From Trichormus sp. ATA11-4-KO1 (GTDB lineage: Bacteria; Cyanobacteriota; Cyanobacteriia; Cyanobacteriales; Nostocaceae), in contig JAHHIM010000060.1 in the NCBI GenBank assembly GCA_019358915.1, positions 1 through 14,562 on the forward strand: DNA of 14,562 nt, given 5' to 3'. How positions within the stretch are numbered: position 1 is the first letter of the stretch; every line of letters begins with the position of its first letter. Below the pieces are notes generated by a model. That model was not told where the DNA came from, did no database searches, and was given only the letters and a program-made list of their open reading frames with translations. Positions 7,453 through 14,562 of the stretch are shown here, in pieces. The translations under genes and the position numbers were made by a program.

Positions 7453-8892
7453 ATGTGGTCTGAACTGACAAAAGCGATCGCTACTCTTGATATTCCTGCT
7501 GATTGGGTTGGTATTAGAGCCGTCAAAACAAATTCCTCTACGCGTCATGTCCGTGATGGCTTACCCCAAGTCAACGGCAAATCCTCCACTATGGGGGCGA
7601 TGCTAGAAGTTTTGGTCAATGGCACTCTAGGTTATGCAGCTACCAACTCCTTAGAAATGTCCTCCCTACAAGCTGCTGCTCAAACAGCTTATAAACAGGC
7701 ACTGGCGGCTAGTAAATGGTGGATATATCCCTTTCGGGAGAGTGAACGCCCCAAAGTCGTGGGTGAATATAATTCTCCGTTCCTAGAGCCATTGGATGCT
7801 CTCAGTCCTGGAGAAATTAATGATTTACTGGTTCGTATATGCCAGACACTGAAAGTTGACGACAAGATTGTGCAAACCACAGCCAACGCCAGCACTACCG
7901 AGAGAGAAACTTGGTTTGTTAGCAGCAACGGCTCCCAAGTGTATCAAAAAATCCTATCTTTGGGTACACATTATGGCGCGATCGCCCAAGATGGAACAAG
8001 AGTCCAGCAACGCACCAACAACGGTTGGCAAGCACACTGTTACCAAGGTGGATGGGAATTATTAAGACAAGAAACCCTCTGGCAGACAGTGCAGCAAGTT
8101 GGTGAACAAGCTATAGAACTATTAACAGCAGAAGAATGCCCGAACACCCGCACCAACTTAGTTTTAGCGCCAGACCAAATGATGCTGCAAATCCATGAAA
8201 GTGTCGGGCATCCCCTAGAAATTGACCGAATTTTAGGAGATGAGCGCAACTACGCCGGGGGCAGCTTTGTGACTAAAAGTGATTTTGGTAACCTAATATA
8301 TGGTTCGCCCCTGATGAACATCACTTTTGATCCCACAGTACCTGGTGAATTTGCCAGCTATGGTTTTGATGACACAGGCGCTGTAGCCACACGAGAATAT
8401 GTAATTAAAGAAGGCTTACTCCAAAGAGGTTTAGGCTCACTAGAGAGCCAAGCAAGAGCAGGTGTACCGGGAGTAGCTTGTGCGCGTGCGTCCTCATGGA
8501 ATCGACCTGCAATTGATCGCATGGCAAACTTGAATTTAGAGCCAGGAAACGCCACCTTTGCAGAAATCATTGGCGGGATAGAAAACGGCGTTTACATGGA
8601 ATCTAACCGTTCTTGGTCAATAGACGATCGCCGTTATAAATTTCAGTTTGGTTGTGAGTACGCCAAATTAATTGAAAACGGCAAACTCACCAAAACCCTC
8701 CGAAATCCCAACTATCGCGCCACAACACCAGAATTTTGGCACAGCTTAATTCAAGTAGGAGATGCCGAGCATTGGCAAATGTACGGTACACCTTACTGTG
8801 GCAAAGGCGAACCAAATCAAGCCATTTGGGTAGGACACGGTTCCCCTATGTGTGTATTTGCTAACGTCGAAGTTTTTGGCGGAGGGGGTTAG
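7453..8892 (+). CDS. tldD: TldD-family metalloprotease (catalytic subunit)
   Basis: Likely start ATG 7453 (MWSELTK). HExxxH motif IHESVGHPLEIDRILGDE, SYGFDDTG, RPAIDRMANLNLEPG, and C-terminal CGKGEPNQ..VGHGSP with the metal-ligand Cys. Confidence 0.92.
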   Translation: MWSELTKAIATLDIPADWVGIRAVKTNSSTRHVRDGLPQVNGKSSTMGAMLEVLVNGTLGYAATNSLEMSSLQAAAQTAYKQALAASKWWIYPFRESERPKVVGEYNSPFLEPLDALSPGEINDLLVRICQTLKVDDKIVQTTANASTTERETWFVSSNGSQVYQKILSLGTHYGAIAQDGTRVQQRTNNGWQAHCYQGGWELLRQETLWQTVQQVGEQAIELLTAEECPNTRTNLVLAPDQMMLQIHESVGHPLEIDRILGDERNYAGGSFVTKSDFGNLIYGSPLMNITFDPTVPGEFASYGFDDTGAVATREYVIKEGLLQRGLGSLESQARAGVPGVACARASSWNRPAIDRMANLNLEPGNATFAEIIGGIENGVYMESNRSWSIDDRRYKFQFGCEYAKLIENGKLTKTLRNPNYRATTPEFWHSLIQVGDAEHWQMYGTPYCGKGEPNQAIWVGHGSPMCVFANVEVFGGGG

Positions 8893-8894
8893 TG

Positions 8895-8985
8895 AGTGCT
8901 TTTCTAAGTGCTGAGTGCTGAGTGCTGAGTGCTGAGTCAAGAATTCGCCTTTGTCCCCCCTGCTCCCCATCTCCCCATTCCCCAT
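8895..8985. repeat. Downstream, inverted, insertion-free copy of the composite repeat between tldD and tldE
   Basis: AGTGCTTTTCTAAGT(GCTGAGT)x4 CAAGAATTCGCCTTTGTCCCCCCTGCTCCCC... fills almost the whole 102-nt intergenic gap. Confidence 0.82.
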
Positions 8986-8994
8986 GAAATAACT

Positions 8995-10341
8995 ATGAAC
9001 ATTGGTGAACTATCTAATTTAGAAGTCAGTTTTAATCAACTCATTGAAACTCTGCTCACCAAAAAAACTGCAACTGAACAATTCACTGTGAAACTTAGCA
9101 GTGAGCAAAGTCAATTTACTCGTTTCAATCATGCCAAAGTGCGACAAACAGGTTGTGTCACTGATGGTTGGATCGAATTGACTTTAATGGAAGATCAGCG
9201 CAGCAGTTTTCAACATTTTCCCTTCACTGGTAACTGGGATACAGATTGGCAATCGGCATACAAAGCCTTACAAGAATTAAGAGCAGAACTGCCCTTATTA
9301 CCCGTCGATCCTTATTTAGTTTTACCATCAGGAAATAATACCAGTCGAGAGGTAAATTCTGGGCAATTATTAGCAGCAGAATTAGTAGCACCAACGGTGT
9401 TAGAATTGGTTGCTGAATTAGATTTTACTGGGCTATATGCTGGGGGTATAGTAATTAAAGCTTATGGTGATTCTAGTGGACAAAAACACTGGTTTGCCAC
9501 TGATTGTTTTACCTTAGATTATTCTCTATTTGACACCTGCGGGCAAGCTGTTAAAGGCATATTCGCGGGTAGTATTTGGGATGAAAATGCTTATATAGCC
9601 AAGATTAAAGAAGCTAAAGCACAACTAGAATTACTGTCTCGTCCAACTAAAAAATTGACACGGGGACAGTACAAAACTTATTTTGCTCCGGCGGCTGTGG
9701 CTGATTTACTTAATATGCTTTCTTGGGCAGCAATGAGCGAAGCTGATTTACAACAAGGAAACAGTGCTTTAGCTATCCTCTCGCGCCAAGAAAAACAACT
9801 TTCTTCTAAATTTAGTTTGCAAGAAAACTTTCAGCTAGGATTAGTACCCCGATTTAATGAATTGGGAGAAATGGCAGCATCAGAGTTACCTTTAATAGAA
9901 AAAGGAATTTTAGTAAATACTTTGGTGAATTCTCGCACTGCCAAGGAATATGGCAAAATTACCAATGGTGCTAATAGTGCTGAAACTTTACGCGCACCAG
10001 AAGTGAGTCCGGGTAATTTAGGATTGGGGCAGATACTTTCGAGTTTAAATACAGGATTGTATGTATCGAATTTACATTACTTGAACTGGAGCGATCGCCC
10101 CACTGGTAGAATTACAGGTATGACTCGTTATGCTTGTTTTTGGGTAGAAAATGGAGAAATCATCGCTCCCATTGAGAATCTACGTTTTGATGAAAGTCTT
10201 TATCGCTTCTGGGGAGATAATCTCGTAGATTTCACCAATTTTCAGGAATTTATTCCCGAAGTGGGAACTTATGAAAGTCGCCAACTTGGCGGTAGTTTGG
10301 TTCCTGGGATGTTAGTGAATGATTTTACTTATACCTTGTAG
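8995..10341 (+). CDS. tldE: TldE/PmbA-family protein (non-catalytic partner of TldD)
   Basis: Likely start ATG 8995. FTRFNHAKVRQ, GQYKTYFAPAAVADLL, PRFNELGE, GRITGMTRYACFWVENGEIIAPIENLRFDES; no HExxxH; directly follows tldD. Confidence 0.88.
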   Translation: MNIGELSNLEVSFNQLIETLLTKKTATEQFTVKLSSEQSQFTRFNHAKVRQTGCVTDGWIELTLMEDQRSSFQHFPFTGNWDTDWQSAYKALQELRAELPLLPVDPYLVLPSGNNTSREVNSGQLLAAELVAPTVLELVAELDFTGLYAGGIVIKAYGDSSGQKHWFATDCFTLDYSLFDTCGQAVKGIFAGSIWDENAYIAKIKEAKAQLELLSRPTKKLTRGQYKTYFAPAAVADLLNMLSWAAMSEADLQQGNSALAILSRQEKQLSSKFSLQENFQLGLVPRFNELGEMAASELPLIEKGILVNTLVNSRTAKEYGKITNGANSAETLRAPEVSPGNLGLGQILSSLNTGLYVSNLHYLNWSDRPTGRITGMTRYACFWVENGEIIAPIENLRFDESLYRFWGDNLVDFTNFQEFIPEVGTYESRQLGGSLVPGMLVNDFTYTL

Positions 10342-10604
10342 TCAGCTAATGAATTGCGTCAATCGGTAGGTGTTGGGGAGAGAGATGGCAAAATTTTGGC
10401 TGTATTGCTTGCTGCACAAATATTTGGGCGCAAAATTGGCTAAAATAGGTTGACGCAATCTCTGTAACTCTTGCTATAAGGTAATTTCTGCCAAAATCTT
10501 ACCCACCCTCTTGACGACACCTAATCTTGAAGTGCTAATATGACTACACATCGACGTAACCGAACCTTAAAAACTAAATACAGAGAGCCTTTGAGAACTG
10601 GGCT
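10342..10604 (+). promoter_or_regulatory. CRISPR leader with promoter-like motifs
   Basis: Non-coding 263 nt before the first repeat. TTGACG at 10450 and 10511, each followed after 16 nt by TG-C-TATAAG / TG-C-TAATAT (extended -10-like); CGAACCTTAAAAACTAAATA at 10561-10580 resembles cyanobacterial array leaders as I recall them. The degenerate repeat is at the opposite end. Confidence 0.75.
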
Positions 10605-11734
10605 GTTGAAAAACCCTAAAATCCCTATCAGGGATTGAAACCGAGAAGCCGAGGCCTCTGCATTAAGGGACAAACGTTGAAAAACCCTAAAATCCCTATC
10701 AGGGATTGAAACTATTTCATCCCACAAAAGCCATGGGCTAGCCGTATCAAGCACGTTGAAAAACCCTAAAATCCCTATCAGGGATTGAAACCTCGTGCCT
10801 CCTGTGATAACCTTTAGCGCTGGTTGGTTGAAAAACCCTAAAATCCCTATCAGGGATTGAAACAGGCGATCGCTGACATCTAATCTTTGCTCTTGCGTTG
10901 AAAAACCCTAAAATCCCTATCAGGGATTGAAACTCGCCTGATCTAATACACCAGGTAATAAGTAATCACGTTGAAAAACCCTAAAATCCCTATCAGGGAT
11001 TGAAACATTGAAGACATCTATCTTATCAATGGCTATCTCGAGTTGAAAAACCCTAAAATCCCTATCAGGGATTGAAACATTTACTGAGGTATTAAATCTC
11101 AGTAAATATTTGAGTTGAAAAACCCTAAAATCCCTATCAGGGATTGAAACTTACTGAACTCCCACAGACAATCGTATCTGAAGGGTTGAAAAACCCTAAA
11201 ATCCCTATCAGGGATTGAAACGTAAATCAGGCGATCGCCTTTGTAGATACAAGATTGGTTGAAAAACCCTAAAATCCCTATCAGGGATTGAAACCAATTG
11301 GCGCGGCTAGTTCCAGGTTGCTCACGCCGTTGAAAAACCCTAAAATCCCTATCAGGGATTGAAACCAGCCTCACGATAATGAGAGCGAATGACGACATAG
11401 TTGAAAAACCCTAAAATCCCTATCAGGGATTGAAACGGAGCAATAGCTTGTTCTGGAATTACCTGATGGTTTGTTGAAAAACCCTAAAATCCCTATCAGG
11501 GATTGAAACCAACCAACATCATCAGAAACTGTTGTGACTAATACAAGGTTGAAAAACCCTAAAATCCCTATCAGGGATTGAAACTCTCAGATATATGCCG
11601 ATTCTGTACCCATCGTTGCCCCGCAGTTGAAAAACCCTAAAATCCCTATCAGGGATTGAAACCTCATTTTATGGGATGTCAGCAGGATTATCTCCAAGTT
11701 GAAAAACCCTAAAATCCCTATTAGGATAAGTTGA
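10605..11734 (+). CRISPR. CRISPR array, 37-nt repeat GTTGAAAAACCCTAAAATCCCTATCAGGGATTGAAAC, 15 perfect repeats + 1 degenerate, 15 spacers (33-42 nt), type I-D-like; no cas genes in window
   Basis: Repeats start at 10605, 10676, 10755, 10827, 10897, 10970, 11042, 11114, 11185, 11258, 11329, 11400, 11473, 11548, 11626; the last at 11698 matches only its first 24 nt. Hairpin AATCCCT-ATC-AGGGATT and 3' ATTGAAAC handle. Subtype is inferred from repeat style only. Confidence 0.98.
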
Positions 11735-11743
11735 TATCAGCAT

Positions 11744-12574
11744 TTAAATAACTTTCTCACCATTTTGCTCGGTTTCTACAAGTTGAGCTTGAGTACACCG
11801 CAATTCCTCTAATGCCAACTCTAAGCTGAGATTTTTTTCATTTAACTCCCGTGTGCGTTCGCGTACTTTTTCTTCCAGTACCTGACTATATACTTCTAGC
11901 TGTTCGTTAGTATCATTTTGGACTTTAATTAATTGCTGAACTTCCAGAATTAAACGATTGAGGGAAGCAGCCAAGATACCAACTTCATCATTAGTCGTTA
12001 CAGGTGCTTGTAAATCAAAATTAGATTGCTCTGTCACCTGTTGAGCAACATGAGTGACTGCTTGAATGGGACGAGCGATGGTGCGACTGGTGTAAATTGC
12101 TAGTAATGTGGCGATCGCAATTGATAGTGACAGGCTACCTATAATGATATACCAGCGTAATTTCTCAGACCTTTGCAATTCCCAATTGGCTTGCTGATAC
12201 TCCTCGGCTATCACTTCCACAAGGTTAGCGATGTCATCGAGAAAATCATCAATCATGAAAACTGATGAGCCATGCATGAAATTGAACAATTGCGTTTGTG
12301 CTATTTTAATCTCGTTTGATGATAATTTACTGGGATCGTTACTCCGAAACAGAGCCTCTGTGCGCTGTAAGTAAGTATCAAAGCCTTTGTGAGTCTGCAA
12401 CAAGCGATGAACTGCTTCTTTTTCAATTACAGAGTTATAGATGATACTGTTCTCAGTGTTGTAGTTAGCTTTGAACTCAAACCAAATTTGTCTAGCTTGC
12501 TCAACATAATCAAGTAACAACATATATTGTTCTTGCCATCGTTGTGGTTGTTCCATAACTGTAGAAGGTAACAC
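11744..12574 (-). CDS. TM-HAMP-coiled-coil protein; probable sensor histidine kinase remnant lacking the kinase core (possible pseudogene)
   Basis: One TM (WYIIIGSLSLSIAIATLLAIY), HAMP (IARPIQAVTHVAQQV...NDEVGILAASLNRL), S-helix (LEEKVRERTRELNEKN...LEELRCTQAQLVETE) then stop where the H-box region normally starts. No N-terminal TM1/signal. Start may be ATG at 12556 (MEQP). Confidence 0.75.
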   Translation of the reverse strand: MLPSTVMEQPQRWQEQYMLLLDYVEQARQIWFEFKANYNTENSIIYNSVIEKEAVHRLLQTHKGFDTYLQRTEALFRSNDPSKLSSNEIKIAQTQLFNFMHGSSVFMIDDFLDDIANLVEVIAEEYQQANWELQRSEKLRWYIIIGSLSLSIAIATLLAIYTSRTIARPIQAVTHVAQQVTEQSNFDLQAPVTTNDEVGILAASLNRLILEVQQLIKVQNDTNEQLEVYSQVLEEKVRERTRELNEKNLSLELALEELRCTQAQLVETEQNGEKVI

Positions 12575-12810
12575 TTCACTTCAACAAAATCCCTATCCTC
12601 CTCATTCTTTACCTTGGGCTACTTGGATCATGCAAGGGCTTGGTGGTTGGTCTGGTTACAAGTCTCAAAAACCTCCCGGAATTACTACTTTGATTCGTGG
12701 TCAATATCTTGTACTCTTATTTCTGATACTGATAATTTCATTCATCAAAAATACCATTTATCTCCTCCCTTACCTGCGGAATGTAGGTTACATAGGTAGG
12801 AATTGGTAAT

Positions 12811-12839
12811 AAAAAAAGCCCTTGTTATTACACAAGGGC
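12811..12839 (-). terminator. Rho-independent terminator of psbDC
   Basis: GCCCTTGT (12818-12825) / ACAAGGGC (12832-12839) stem followed on the minus strand by T7, ~45 nt after the psbC stop. Confidence 0.85.
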
Positions 12840-12882
12840 AGAAAAAGTATTTGATTGTCAGTGATGAAAGAAAACTTTAAGC

Positions 12883-14562
<1,680 letters not shown>

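Noticed and set aside
6993..7548. 96-aa and 62-aa minus-strand ORFs
   Set aside because: The first is translated octamer repeats and the MITE; the second is antisense to the tldD start.
7369..8994. N-terminal extensions of TldD (from 7369) and TldE (from 8929), and short ORFs within tldD
   Set aside because: Extensions run through AT-rich leader or repeat DNA; ATGs at 7453 and 8995 give normal sizes.
10521..11398. ORFs 10521-10754 and 11099-11398
   Set aside because: Translations of CRISPR repeats and spacers (recurring VSIPDRDFRVFQ).
7453..11734. TldD/TldE as a CRISPR-associated effector module
   Set aside because: TldD/E are widespread housekeeping peptidases with no Cas-like domains here, and the array has its own leader. 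It would need recurring tldDE-array linkage in unrelated genomes.

Overview
Chromosomal window from a filamentous, Nostocales-like cyanobacterium (psbD-psbC operon, eight HIP1 GCGATCGC sites found by eye, heptamer/octamer tandem repeats). Left to right: the start of an IS1380-family element; a minus-strand stress-type cluster (DUF2267, DJ-1/PfpI fused to a ferritin-like domain, a membrane-anchored hypothetical protein, a cupin, a Mn-catalase) with a divergent acidic DUF6335-like gene; a pentapeptide-repeat gene; a Cys-rich secreted hypothetical protein; a tldD-tldE(pmbA) pair; a cas-less CRISPR array (15 identical 37-nt repeats plus a degenerate terminal one, 15 spacers, type I-D-like) with its leader; a TM-HAMP-coiled-coil ORF that looks like a sensor kinase missing both ends; and psbC plus the 3' end of psbD. 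The least expected structure is non-coding: tldD is bracketed by inverted copies of a ~90-bp repeat, and the upstream copy holds two nested insertions (a 173-bp MITE with CAGGGC terminal inverted repeats and an apparent 10-bp target duplication, and a 24-nt mini-element that recurs at ~3.0 kb). I cannot demonstrate a new biological system from this sequence alone; the best candidates are listed as findings with tests. Family assignments are from motif recognition, not database searches.
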